This document shows, one piece after another, positions 20,460 through 30,792 of a stretch of DNA of 64,000 nucleotides. The notes beneath the pieces are model-generated. The model searched no databases. It was not told the origin of the DNA and worked only from the letters and a program-made list of their open reading frames with translations. How positions within the stretch are numbered: position 1 is the first letter of the stretch; every line of letters begins with the position of its first letter. Origin of the DNA: Candidatus Cloacimonadota bacterium (GTDB taxonomy: Bacteria > Cloacimonadota > Cloacimonadia > JGIOTU-2); contig JBNGBT010000001.1 in NCBI GenBank assembly GCA_049903315.1, positions 128,001 through 192,000 on the forward strand. The letters are read 5' to 3'. A program made the translations under genes and the position numbers.

Positions 20460-21404
20460 ATGGCAATAATCGCTATTACGATCGGAGATCCCGCAGGCAT
20501 AGGTCCTGAAATCGTTCTTAAGGTGCTGGAAAGAAATCCCTTTGATCATACGATCATCCTTTACGGTGCTTTCCCCAAGAATATGATCATCCCGAAATTC
20601 TCAGAGATACATGAAGTTAATGATATAAAGGATATCGGCAAGGGAATTTTTAGGATGCAATCCAAAGAGGATGCCAATTTTATCTCCGGTAAACCATCAA
20701 AAGAGAGCGGTATCGTGGCGTATAATGCCATAAAAAAAGCCGGCGAACATGCACTCGAGGGTTTCATAGATGCGGTTGTAACAGCGCCAATAAGCAAGCA
20801 TTATATTCAGCTTTCTCATTCGGATTTTATTGGACACACAGAATTCTTTGCTCATCAAGCTCAATGTCCTGAGGTTATGATGAGTTTTTTTAGTGAAAAA
20901 TTGAATGTTGCTTTGCTGACAACACATTGTGCACTATGCGAGGTCTCTTCCTATCTAAATATTGAAAATGTGATTGACAAAATTCATATTATTAATAATT
21001 CTTTGAAGAAATTTTTCCATATTACAAAACCAAAATTAGCACTACTCGGACTTAATCCCCATGCAAGCGAAGATGGTGCTTTCGGAAATGAAGAGTTAGA
21101 TACTTTAAAACCGACTATTGATATACTCAGAACTCAAGGTGTTGAAATCGATGGTCCGTATCCAGCTGATACTTTTTTTGCGGGGAATTATCACAAGTAC
21201 GATATGATAATTTCTGCCTATCATGATCAGGCTTTGATACCATTTAAAATGCTGTCCTTCGATACAGGGGTCAATGTCACTCTTGGTTTACCTTACATCC
21301 GGACTTCTGTAGATCATGGCACAGCTTTTGACATTGCCGGCAAAAATTTAGCATCAGAACAAAGCCTGTTAAGTGCGATCGAACTCGCTGAAAAAATGCT
21401 TTGA
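20460..21404 (+). CDS. pdxA: 4-hydroxythreonine-4-phosphate dehydrogenase PdxA
   Basis: GDPAGIGPEI, TAPISK, GHTEF, GLNPHA, YHDQ and RTSVDHGTAFDIAG. Confidence 0.96.
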   Translation: MAIIAITIGDPAGIGPEIVLKVLERNPFDHTIILYGAFPKNMIIPKFSEIHEVNDIKDIGKGIFRMQSKEDANFISGKPSKESGIVAYNAIKKAGEHALEGFIDAVVTAPISKHYIQLSHSDFIGHTEFFAHQAQCPEVMMSFFSEKLNVALLTTHCALCEVSSYLNIENVIDKIHIINNSLKKFFHITKPKLALLGLNPHASEDGAFGNEELDTLKPTIDILRTQGVEIDGPYPADTFFAGNYHKYDMIISAYHDQALIPFKMLSFDTGVNVTLGLPYIRTSVDHGTAFDIAGKNLASEQSLLSAIELAEKML

Positions 21405-22015
21405 TGATTTCTGAATATAAGCATTTTCCTGAATATAAAAAAATAATAGGCATCGACGAAGCAGGAAGGGGACCAATAGCCGGTCCGGTTGTTGTCGCTG
21501 CGGTAATACTACCAACAATTTCAGTAATTCATGATTTGGATGATTCAAAAAAACTCTCTGCAAGAAAACGGGAAGAACTATATCAGAAAATAGTTTCACA
21601 AGCGCTTCATTACCAATTCAAGGTTATCGACCACTCAATAATAGATGAGATAAATATTCTCCAGGCAACATTTATGGGTATGAATGAGTTATTATTGCCA
21701 CATTTAACCTCACCTTTCTTAGCTCTCATTGACGGACCTTACCTGCCTAAAAAGGGTCAAGAAAAGGATTTTAATCTGGCGATGAAATCTGTTGTAAAGG
21801 GTGACAGTACTTATAAATGTATTGCAGCTGCGTCTATAATTGCAAAAGTGGTTCGGGATTCCATCATGGATAATTACCATCAAAAATATCCTCAATATGA
21901 TTTTATTCATAACAAAGGGTATCCGACAAAAAAGCATAAGCTGGCACTTGTACAATATGGCATATGCCCGATCCACAGGCAAACTTTCGCACCAGTAAAG
22001 GAATTGGTAAAATAA
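21404..22015 (+). CDS. rnhB: Ribonuclease HII
   Basis: GIDEAGRGPIAGPVV, DDSKKL, IDG, KGD, AAASIIAKV and NKGYPT. Confidence 0.97.
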   Translation: MISEYKHFPEYKKIIGIDEAGRGPIAGPVVVAAVILPTISVIHDLDDSKKLSARKREELYQKIVSQALHYQFKVIDHSIIDEINILQATFMGMNELLLPHLTSPFLALIDGPYLPKKGQEKDFNLAMKSVVKGDSTYKCIAAASIIAKVVRDSIMDNYHQKYPQYDFIHNKGYPTKKHKLALVQYGICPIHRQTFAPVKELVK

Positions 22016-22133
22016 TCCCCTAATGGCTTTCCGGGAAGAACTCAGTTTTTTGAAAAACAGTATCTTTCAAAAAAATTGACATGGAGACTTTTTTTTATCT
22101 TTTTGCCTTAATAAATAAAATAGCGGAGGTGCT

Positions 22134-24743
22134 ATGAAAAATTATAAGATATTTATTATATTAATTTTATTAGTATTACTATCAAGTTTGTTACATGCTC
22201 AGGGTGCATGGCATCCTGAAAAAACGTATTGGCCGAGAACGCTTATAGACAGCAGTCAAGCGGCTATTGATTATGTGAGAACTCGAGTAACTGTAGAACC
22301 TTACCTCTCAATATATAACAATATAAAAATCAAATCTGATGTTGATTATGCGACCTGTACATCAGAGCTTCAAAAAGCAGTTGTTGCACGTTGTGCTGCA
22401 TTTCGATTCTTTATTGATGAAGTCACGGAGTACGGGGATAAAGCTGTTGATTATCTCCTCGTAATGCAGCGGGAATCATACACAAGTGTTGATGAACAAT
22501 ACAAAAATATTCTCTGGGATTCAGAGATGCTTTCTTTGGCAAGCATCGCATACGATTTTTTAAAGGGAAATGATTACAATTTTGCCGGTGATGAAGCAGC
22601 GGTGCGTGCAAAGATCCAGGATATTGCTGCAGAGATGTACTTTGATCTTGTATCGAGTTCTCAGTGGACAGGGCTACATCTTCTTTGGTACGTGGGTTTT
22701 GGAGAACAGATCAACTATGGGGTGAAATTCGCCTCTGCCCTCGGTATGTGTGCAATTGTGCTGAACACAGAAACATCAGGCGATACGGATAAACAACCGC
22801 AAACCTGGATCGATTATACCATGCAAAAAACAAATCTTCAGTTCACTGACTGGCTTGTAAATGAGCAGGGCATGTGGGCAGAAGGTCCGCACTATCTCAC
22901 TTTCACTGCTTCAAGTTTTTTACCCTTTGCAATTTCTCATAATAATTTTGTGAATGGTGAATCTGAAAACTATGGTGGTGAGATATTACCACCCCTCACT
23001 CAAAATGATAATTTTCATGAAATACCATATTGGGGAATAAAAATAAGACAGCCAAACGGCGCTCGTCCAAATTTTGATGATAGTTTTCTAAATCCGTATT
23101 TCTTCAACGGGATGCTTGCACCTATATATAATGATGATGTGCTTGAGTGGGATTACGTTCATAGTGCAGAGCCAGATTTTGTTGGTGCCACATCACAGAA
23201 TATTGATGTAGAAGTGATTTGTACGGATTATCAAACCGTATTTCCGGGAACAACACCTCCCGATTTTCCTCCTACTCAGATCATGCCCGATGCAGGACAG
23301 GCAGTATTTCGCAGCGACTGGGGAGAAGATGCCGTTTATATGTGTGCCCTTGCCGAGAACGGACAAGCCCGGGAAGGCGGTCACACACACGAACACCCCG
23401 ATAACGGCAGCTTTATTATCTATGCGCTGGGAGAACTTCTCGCAATGGATTCCGGCTATATCAGCTGGGAAAAAAGAGATAGTGTCCGTTACGCAAAAAA
23501 TCATAGTATGATATTGGTCGATGGAGAAGGTCCACCAGCTGCTACACTCACTACTGCAGAAGGAACAGATGCAACCATTGGTATCTACTATGACACTGAT
23601 GGCTTGGATTGTGCACAGATAGTAACCAATTATCAGGATACAGATTTTTTCCGAATATTCACATTCATTAACGATTCTTATTTCACAATAACAGATATGA
23701 TCGGATCATCATCAACTCATGATTATTCATTTCTCCTTCATGGAAACGGCGGCGGGTCAACTGGGAACGGTTTCTCCCTTGGCACAAACGGTTCTGTATA
23801 TTCTGTTAATGATGTCGACCTGAATTTCTTTATCAATTCCGCACATCCGATCAATCTTGATAATTACGATGACTATCATGATGATGGAACCTATGATGTG
23901 CCGGCAACTCATACCGTTACACGAGCCCAGATAAATGCTCAATTTGGACTTATTACCTCATTCCTTATTCCTACACCTGCAACAACAAAAGATGTTGTGT
24001 ATACTCCAATAAACACTGATAGCACTTGTGGCGGTTCTTTAGAAATCGGGAGCGAGAAAGTAATTCATATGGGAAATGGTTCCAACTCTTTGCAGACTGT
24101 AGATTTTTTTGGAACTTCTTTAGAGTATGATGCATTGGTCCTTCACGTTGCTCAGAACGGAGATATTCCAAGAAATATTCAGCTCACTTCTGGTCAAACC
24201 TTCAATTATGGCAGCACTCCACTCATTTGCTGTGATGTTGACAACATGATTGCTTTGAATATTGGCGCGGCATCTGCTGACGGATATGTGGAAGAAGCAT
24301 GTACTATTGAATTTTATACCGGAAATGAGCCCACATCAGTGGAGGGCGGTACTTTGCTCGGATTCTCACAAGGTGTTTCAACCATTTCATTCGACTATTC
24401 AAGCAATTTCACAATTGATGTAGTCTGGTCACTGGACTATGCAGTAAATCCTGATCCCTCACAAAATACCTATGATGTATCGGTTTATCCAAATCCCTTT
24501 AATCAAACAAATGAAATTTCTTTTACTCTGGTTGTTCCACAAAATGTTAAAATTGAAGTATTTAATCTTAAGGGTCAAAAAGTTACTGTTCTTACGAACG
24601 AAGATTATGGAATTGGTTCTCATTCAGTAATTTGGGATGGAAAAAACCAGTCCGGCAAGAAGGTGGCTAATGGAACATATTTATATAAAATACATTTTGA
24701 AAAAGGTGATACAATATTAAGAAAAGTAAATATCCTAAAATAG
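22134..24743 (+). CDS. Secreted heparinase II/III-family polysaccharide lyase-like protein with T9SS/FlgD-Ig C-terminal sorting domain
   Basis: GGAGG RBS, signal peptide, EGPHY, VFRSDW, HEHPDNGSF..DSGY, NHSMILVDG, and C-terminal YPNPFN...FNLKGQKV...WDG...GTYLY. Confidence 0.82.
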   Translation: MKNYKIFIILILLVLLSSLLHAQGAWHPEKTYWPRTLIDSSQAAIDYVRTRVTVEPYLSIYNNIKIKSDVDYATCTSELQKAVVARCAAFRFFIDEVTEYGDKAVDYLLVMQRESYTSVDEQYKNILWDSEMLSLASIAYDFLKGNDYNFAGDEAAVRAKIQDIAAEMYFDLVSSSQWTGLHLLWYVGFGEQINYGVKFASALGMCAIVLNTETSGDTDKQPQTWIDYTMQKTNLQFTDWLVNEQGMWAEGPHYLTFTASSFLPFAISHNNFVNGESENYGGEILPPLTQNDNFHEIPYWGIKIRQPNGARPNFDDSFLNPYFFNGMLAPIYNDDVLEWDYVHSAEPDFVGATSQNIDVEVICTDYQTVFPGTTPPDFPPTQIMPDAGQAVFRSDWGEDAVYMCALAENGQAREGGHTHEHPDNGSFIIYALGELLAMDSGYISWEKRDSVRYAKNHSMILVDGEGPPAATLTTAEGTDATIGIYYDTDGLDCAQIVTNYQDTDFFRIFTFINDSYFTITDMIGSSSTHDYSFLLHGNGGGSTGNGFSLGTNGSVYSVNDVDLNFFINSAHPINLDNYDDYHDDGTYDVPATHTVTRAQINAQFGLITSFLIPTPATTKDVVYTPINTDSTCGGSLEIGSEKVIHMGNGSNSLQTVDFFGTSLEYDALVLHVAQNGDIPRNIQLTSGQTFNYGSTPLICCDVDNMIALNIGAASADGYVEEACTIEFYTGNEPTSVEGGTLLGFSQGVSTISFDYSSNFTIDVVWSLDYAVNPDPSQNTYDVSVYPNPFNQTNEISFTLVVPQNVKIEVFNLKGQKVTVLTNEDYGIGSHSVIWDGKNQSGKKVANGTYLYKIHFEKGDTILRKVNILK

Positions 24744-24751
24744 GAGAATAT

Positions 24752-27721
24752 ATGAAAAAAAATTATTTCTTTCTGCTCCTTTCAGTCCTGCTACTGATTT
24801 TTAGTTCATGTACGATAAAGAAATGGGATCCACCGGAATGGGATGTCACTCTGGAAATTCCCTTGATCAATGAACGGGTCTACATGCATGAACTAGAAGA
24901 TACGACAGACACCTATATTATTCGATTGGATAATGACACACTCTTCTTTTCGATGTCTGAGGACATAGAGTCCAAAAATGTGGGTGATGAGCTCAGGGTT
25001 GACGGTAAAACAGAAACCATGGATAAAGAGATCGGAAACGAGCTTGAGATCGACGGTCGAGACGAAAACTTCAAGGTGAGCGTGGGTGATAAACTCAATA
25101 TAGATGAACAGGCACAGTATTTTGAGCGATCCCTGGACAAGATTGAAGTTGATGAAACCGGTAATTCTTATTCAGAAGTATTTGTTCTTGCTTTTGCACG
25201 ATCTCAAATCCCCGGCGCAGGCCCGATCTATAATACGGCAATTCCCCCAATTTATAATTTTCCCCCCATTGACACGAGTTTCTCTGTTTTTGAAAACGCC
25301 AATATTGAGTACGTGATCATTGATTCAGGTTTTGCATATATCAATTTTACCAATAATACTGAATTTCCACTTAGTTCTACAAACCCGAATTACTACATGA
25401 GTCTCGCGATCTACAGTGGGGGACTACCCAGCCTTGAGGAACCGATTATTACTTATGAGATCGATCATCCTATTGCACCTGGAGCAACAGAACATATTGA
25501 GTTGGATCTTGCTGGTGCCCAAGTTTATCATGATAATTATCTTCGTGTACTCCTTTCTACAGATGGCACAGGCGGTCAACCGGTGGATGTGCTCGAGGAT
25601 CATAATTTCTATGTCACATTCAGTGTCTCCGAAATGCTTGTGAGTGAAGCAAGTGCAAAACTCCCAGAAGAGAGGATCAATCATATCGAAGCCATCTCTA
25701 TCGAGGATGCTGCACAGGAAATCTCGCTAGTCTCAGCCGTGATAGATAGTTGTGATGGGAATATTCATGTTGATAATAATTTGCCGATCAGTGCTCGTCT
25801 CACTGTCGAATTCATGGAACTTTTCGATGATATTGGAAATCCATTTAAGATCATATTCAATATCGACGCTAGCTCTCTTGATAATAATTATCCGTTTGAT
25901 CTGAGCGGGTATGAAATATATTCAAATCGAGAGGATGTCCTTGATTCACTTCATTTCTCTTATAAAATCAGAACAGATTCCACAGAAAATTATGTGACAA
26001 TAGCAGAAAATATGACTGTTTCAACAGAAGTTACTCTTGGTGAAATGAAGTTCAGTGAAGTGACAGGCTACCTTGTTCAAACATTCACTCAAAATGATTC
26101 CCTTTCTCTTGCAGATGCAACGGATAAAATACTTCTTCAGGAAGCAAACATACGAAGTGGAATGATGAACATTGATATCTCAGGCCTGCCATTTGATCCA
26201 CAAATTTCGATCGTATTCGATGAACTGAGAGACCAGTTTAACGATCCTGTACATATTACAAACGCCGATTTTCCCGGGTATAATTTTGCTGATCATAAAA
26301 TCCTTCTCTGGGAAGATCAAATGGTGCATTATCATGTTGAAGTTGATATGCCAAATTCCGAACTGATAACTGTTTCCAAAGACGATTCTATTCACGCAAA
26401 CATTCATTTAAGCGAGTTGATATTTGAGAGTATTATTGGCAAATTTAATCAAATGGTCATTGAAGATCAGAAATCAGTTGCTGTGGATTCGACTGGTGAA
26501 TATTCTCTCGCATTTGCAGAAATTGATAGCTGTGATGTTCATGTCAGTATACCTGCAGCGCATTATACGTTGCCTTTTGGTGCGCAGATTAGAGTGAAAT
26601 TCCATGAGATATTTGATGCGTTCGGTGATACGCTCATTCTCAATCTGTCCTGTCCTGGTGACACCATGCTTAGCTTTGCCGATCATACGATAGGTGATGA
26701 TCCCTTCTCTACATCACTCATTGATTCACTTCATTATTCCTATGTCGTCACAACAGAACCTACTGCAGGATATGTGACGGTATATTATGAAGATGAAGTA
26801 AGAGCTGAGATCGAGTTGGCTGAAATGGTGTTCAATAGTATAAAAGGTATTATCAATCATAAACATTTCGATATGGATGATATTGAAGAAGAACTTGATA
26901 TCGAAGATCTGCCGGATAGTATTGCAAATGTGCTGACATTCCAGAATGCTGAGCTTCATCTCGATGTGTATAACGGCACCGGCTTTAACTGCTGGCTGAA
27001 TATCGATATGATCGGAAGTAATCCCGACGGTGATACTGCAATTGTTCATATTGATGAAACAAGCGGGGTAATCCTTCCAAATCAGATGAACCATATTGTC
27101 ATAACTGAAGGGGTATCTGAAATGTTGAGCATTGTACCGACACATGTATCAGCGACAAATCCTTATGCGATAATCGGCAACGGATTTACAATCGGGGAAA
27201 TCACGAAGAATGATTCCATCAGCGGATCTTATACGATCGAGACTCCTTTCAAATTTATTATTAATAACCATACGGTAAAACTAAGCAAACTCACGCATCA
27301 GGAAATCGCTGAAGACACCAGAAACCTCATCCGAGATAATTTAAATGGTGTGCTCCTTAATCTTACAGCAGAAAATCTCCTGCCTTTTGGTTCTAACCTC
27401 GAACTCTGGTTTTCAGCAGATTCAACGCAAGTGTGGACCAATCCGGAACTCGTAATCGATTCATTCTATGTTGCCCCTGCCACGATCGACCCGATTCATC
27501 ATACAAGTGGTGAAATGGTAACAAGTACGATTGAAGTGCTTCTCGATCAAGAGCATGGAGATTTCTCGGTCTTTGAAAACCCTGATGTCTATATCGGCAC
27601 AAGAATGCATATCATCGGAACAGGGGGTGAAGTCGTGATCATCAGAGGATCAGACAATCTCAGGATTTTTGGGTATGCGTCTGTGGATGTTCATATTCAG
27701 GAAGCAGGGGGTGAGAAATGA
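24752..27721 (+). CDS. Large lipoprotein built from repeated beta-rich domains, function unknown
   Basis: Lipobox IFSS-C20, four 17-aa-spaced short repeats and four longer (~120-140 aa) internal repeats. Translationally coupled to the next gene. Confidence 0.8.
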   Translation: MKKNYFFLLLSVLLLIFSSCTIKKWDPPEWDVTLEIPLINERVYMHELEDTTDTYIIRLDNDTLFFSMSEDIESKNVGDELRVDGKTETMDKEIGNELEIDGRDENFKVSVGDKLNIDEQAQYFERSLDKIEVDETGNSYSEVFVLAFARSQIPGAGPIYNTAIPPIYNFPPIDTSFSVFENANIEYVIIDSGFAYINFTNNTEFPLSSTNPNYYMSLAIYSGGLPSLEEPIITYEIDHPIAPGATEHIELDLAGAQVYHDNYLRVLLSTDGTGGQPVDVLEDHNFYVTFSVSEMLVSEASAKLPEERINHIEAISIEDAAQEISLVSAVIDSCDGNIHVDNNLPISARLTVEFMELFDDIGNPFKIIFNIDASSLDNNYPFDLSGYEIYSNREDVLDSLHFSYKIRTDSTENYVTIAENMTVSTEVTLGEMKFSEVTGYLVQTFTQNDSLSLADATDKILLQEANIRSGMMNIDISGLPFDPQISIVFDELRDQFNDPVHITNADFPGYNFADHKILLWEDQMVHYHVEVDMPNSELITVSKDDSIHANIHLSELIFESIIGKFNQMVIEDQKSVAVDSTGEYSLAFAEIDSCDVHVSIPAAHYTLPFGAQIRVKFHEIFDAFGDTLILNLSCPGDTMLSFADHTIGDDPFSTSLIDSLHYSYVVTTEPTAGYVTVYYEDEVRAEIELAEMVFNSIKGIINHKHFDMDDIEEELDIEDLPDSIANVLTFQNAELHLDVYNGTGFNCWLNIDMIGSNPDGDTAIVHIDETSGVILPNQMNHIVITEGVSEMLSIVPTHVSATNPYAIIGNGFTIGEITKNDSISGSYTIETPFKFIINNHTVKLSKLTHQEIAEDTRNLIRDNLNGVLLNLTAENLLPFGSNLELWFSADSTQVWTNPELVIDSFYVAPATIDPIHHTSGEMVTSTIEVLLDQEHGDFSVFENPDVYIGTRMHIIGTGGEVVIIRGSDNLRIFGYASVDVHIQEAGGEK

Positions 27722-29016
27722 AAAAGTATATACTCATTCTCGTTTTAATTCTTATGACAACCTCTCTTCATGGAATTACCTTATCAAATCCAGTCAGTGT
27801 TGCATTAGGCGGCGCTTATATTGCAAAGGCAAGAGGATTTGAGTCATTGCACTGGAATCCCGCAAATCTTGGAATGGTTGAGCATTTTATGACACTCAAC
27901 TTATTTCAGATTTCTTCTGATATTAGGAATAGCACCCTGACTTTGGGTTATTACAATGATATAATGGGTAAATATCTCAATGCTCAAGATAAAGAAGATT
28001 TTCTTAATAAAGTACCCGAAAGTGGTTTGTCATTAAATGCAAATGTAGGAGTTCATCTTCCGGTATCCCTATCTATAGGAAAAGTGGCAGTAACATTCAA
28101 TACAATGGTGCGTTCCTCGATAGGACTTTCAAAAGAGTATTTTGATCTGGCCTTACATGGAAACGAGCTTGGCGTGACGTATGATATGCAAGGCAACCGC
28201 GGTCGTGCAGTAGCTTTTTTAGAAGCTAAAGTTGGGTACGGAGACAGAATTCCAATGGAAAAAATCTCATCCTCTTTTGAGGATCTTCCACCAATATATG
28301 GCGGCATAAGTTTAGGGCTCATTCATGGAATGGGATATGCACAAATCCTCGAATTTGAATCTCAGTTCGCAACAAATGATACTGCAATGAATGTTTATAA
28401 TAATTTGCTGGTAAGGACTGCAGGTTATGATACTGAAAAATCTGAATTTTATGCTGCTTCTGTATTTCCCGGAGCTGGATTCGGCTACAGAATGAATGTG
28501 GGCTTTACCTCTACGATCACTGAAAATGTGACTGCATCACTTGCAATAAAGAATCTCTTTGGAAAAATTGACTGGACTGAATCCTGTGAAGAACATGAAA
28601 TACAGGTGAATGCGTTCGATTTAACCATCGATTCATGGGATGATTCACTTACTGTCGATACTACCTATGCCGTTGATGGTTTCTCGCAGACTATTCCTAT
28701 TGAGTTACATTTCGGCGGAGCGTATAAATGGAATAATATTGAATTCTTTGCGGACTATGTTCAAGGTTTCAAAAGAAGTCTCTTCACATCTGCGAGAGGG
28801 AAATTCTCTGTGGGAGTGGAATACTATCCTATTACCTGGCTTCCATTACGAACTGGGTTTGGATTTGGTGGTGGAGAACGTGCTCATTTTTCACTTGGAA
28901 CAGGTTTGGACTTCTCGGGCTTTAACTTCGATTGGGCTCTGAGTTATTATACCTCACCAGTCTATACAACGGCTACAGGAATAAAATTGTCATTCGGAGC
29001 TGAACTCGAATTCTAA
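27718..29016 (+). CDS. Outer-membrane beta-barrel protein (FadL/PorV-like N-terminus, DUF5723-like)
   Basis: Signal peptide, SVALGGA...SLHWNPANL hatch motif, SVGVEY...LPLRTG and terminal Phe. Confidence 0.75.
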   Translation: MKKYILILVLILMTTSLHGITLSNPVSVALGGAYIAKARGFESLHWNPANLGMVEHFMTLNLFQISSDIRNSTLTLGYYNDIMGKYLNAQDKEDFLNKVPESGLSLNANVGVHLPVSLSIGKVAVTFNTMVRSSIGLSKEYFDLALHGNELGVTYDMQGNRGRAVAFLEAKVGYGDRIPMEKISSSFEDLPPIYGGISLGLIHGMGYAQILEFESQFATNDTAMNVYNNLLVRTAGYDTEKSEFYAASVFPGAGFGYRMNVGFTSTITENVTASLAIKNLFGKIDWTESCEEHEIQVNAFDLTIDSWDDSLTVDTTYAVDGFSQTIPIELHFGGAYKWNNIEFFADYVQGFKRSLFTSARGKFSVGVEYYPITWLPLRTGFGFGGGERAHFSLGTGLDFSGFNFDWALSYYTSPVYTTATGIKLSFGAELEF

Positions 29017-29036
29017 CATTAAAAAATTAAACATAT

Positions 29037-29065
29037 AAAGGGAGCTTCGTGCTCCCTTTTTTTTT
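29037..29065 (+). terminator. Intrinsic terminator
   Basis: AAAGGGAGC-TTCGT-GCTCCCTTT stem followed by a T-run. Confidence 0.88.
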
Positions 29066-29105
29066 GCAATGTTTTTTGTGTCTTGTTTCCAAATCCCTAT
29101 TATTA

Positions 29106-29132
29106 CTCGTTCCAAAGTTGGACTTTGGAACG
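29106..29132. repeat. REP-like palindrome (CTCGTTCCAAAGT-TGG-ACTTTGGAACG)
   Basis: 11-bp perfect stem; same family as 3006 and 58536. Confidence 0.8.
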
Positions 29133-29411
29133 CATGTTCCTGAGTTGTCATGGACCACTCCATGACGGAAGTAAATAACGATTGAAGAACATCGATTTTT
29201 GATTAATGAAGTAGAACCGTTACGAAGGTTTCCTGCGTCAACCGTTCGCAAGGTTTTTGTATTCTCGTTCCCAAATCCCTGGTTTCAAGGCACAATGCAA
29301 AATGGAGACTGATTTGCAAGCGCCGTCCATCAAACCATTACCCATGACCGGATAAATGCATTTGATAAAATTTGACATTCCATCATAATTTATTTAAAAA
29401 CGATTCACACC

Positions 29412-30413
29412 ATGGCGGTGCGCATGAGAAAAATAATTATATTGTTACTTATTTCGCTATTATTGATTGGGACTATACAATTAACTGCAGATACAATTAT
29501 CGACAGCGTTTATGCTACACTGGAGTTAGATGGGGATATACTCTTTAGACAGAGTATACAAGATTTTCTTGTATTCAGTAATTTTTATGCTATGTGTGCT
29601 GGAGATTTGGGTGAATCGTTGATTGCTTCTGATCCTAACTCGATATTTCGTTCGTATATAAGTTTCTATCTTCCCGAAATTCCTGACGGATATGAATTAG
29701 ATAGTGCTTACGTTAGATTGTATCAATATTCCAGTGTTGGTGATGGAGATGTGTACGGGAATCAGGAACCATTTCCGTTGTTTTATGGACAGGAACTTCC
29801 CTGTATCGTGGATCATATAAATTATGGAGACATGCTTGATGTTTCTGATTGGACAAAGGGGGATACCGGTGATCAGGGAACCCTGCAATCTGATATAGGT
29901 TGTATCAGTGACAATGGAGATGTTGGTTACCGCTATTTAGACTTAACACAATCTGTTTTGGATGATTATAATAATGACAGATATCAAACCCAATATAGGA
30001 TTCGATTTGAAGTAGATACCGACTGGGATAGTTTAACTGATGATTTGGGATTTAAGACTACAACATCAACACAAATTAATCAACATCCAATAATATATTT
30101 ATATTTTAAATCAATTATATCTATAGATGATGAAGTAAATCCTGAAGGAAAAATTATGGTCTATCCCAATCCATTTATCAATTCTATGACCATTTCTTTT
30201 CATGCACGGCAGGGACAGGTACAGGAAGTTGAAGTTTATAATGTAAAAGGGCAGATCGTAAGAGAATTAGGATTAAGGGTTTCGGATATAGGATTTAGTG
30301 CAGTGTGGGATGGGAAAGATGAATTGGGACATGATCTGAGTAATGGGATTTATCTAATAATGGTAAAGAGCGAGAATGTGAATATTGTAAAGAGGGTGAT
30401 GAAGTTACGGTAA
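29412..30413 (+). CDS. Secreted protein with DNRLRE/CBM96-like domain and T9SS/FlgD-Ig C-terminal domain
   Basis: Signal peptide (start may be ATG 29424), RSYISF.LPEIP....DSAYVRLY, and C-terminal YPNPF...YNVKGQIV...WDG...GIY. Confidence 0.72.
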   Translation: MAVRMRKIIILLLISLLLIGTIQLTADTIIDSVYATLELDGDILFRQSIQDFLVFSNFYAMCAGDLGESLIASDPNSIFRSYISFYLPEIPDGYELDSAYVRLYQYSSVGDGDVYGNQEPFPLFYGQELPCIVDHINYGDMLDVSDWTKGDTGDQGTLQSDIGCISDNGDVGYRYLDLTQSVLDDYNNDRYQTQYRIRFEVDTDWDSLTDDLGFKTTTSTQINQHPIIYLYFKSIISIDDEVNPEGKIMVYPNPFINSMTISFHARQGQVQEVEVYNVKGQIVRELGLRVSDIGFSAVWDGKDELGHDLSNGIYLIMVKSENVNIVKRVMKLR

Positions 30414-30421
30414 ATTATTTT

Positions 30422-30792
30422 CTCGTTCGTAAGTTGTGCCTGCGAGGTTTGCTTTCGATCAAACGATCATGAAAAACAATGAAGAAATCCCCTCTTGAGA
30501 GGGGTAGATTGCGATGTAATCGTAAGACGGGGTGTGTTATCTGGACTCCTTCTTCATGTATTACCATTGGTAAATGAACCTAAACAATATAAATAGATTG
30601 TCACCCTGAGCCCGTCGAAGGGTCTCGCAGAAATATACAATCGATCAGGAAGATTCTTCAACTCCTCAAGAATGACAATTTTTTTTATAGGCTGAACATG
30701 TTCAGCCGCTACTTCATCATTGGTTATTCCTTGTTGGATACCTGTCGCGTCGTAATCCAGATGAAATCGGGAAGGAGACGAATTGGATATTC
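30422..30792. repeat. Intergenic mosaic of several short palindromic repeat families
   Basis: Degenerate CTCGTT element at 30422, CCCCTCTTGAGAGGGG...GGGGTGTG at 30489-30538, GTCACCCTGAG..GTCGAAGGG...GAATGAC at 30598-30678, and the GGCTGAACATGTTCAGCC repeat at 30690-30792. Confidence 0.7.

Noticed and set aside
20365..20460. tRNA-Phe as an integration site for an island
   Set aside because: It is flanked by housekeeping genes, with no integrase and no duplicated tRNA 3' end seen.
27718..29016. Calling the barrel PorV
   Set aside because: It shares only the generic hatch motif; its length and lipoprotein partner fit a DUF5723-like family better, and this cannot be resolved without an HMM search.
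29027..29251. 74-aa minus-strand ORF in the spacer
   Set aside because: It is translated through a terminator and palindromic repeats, so it is probably spurious.
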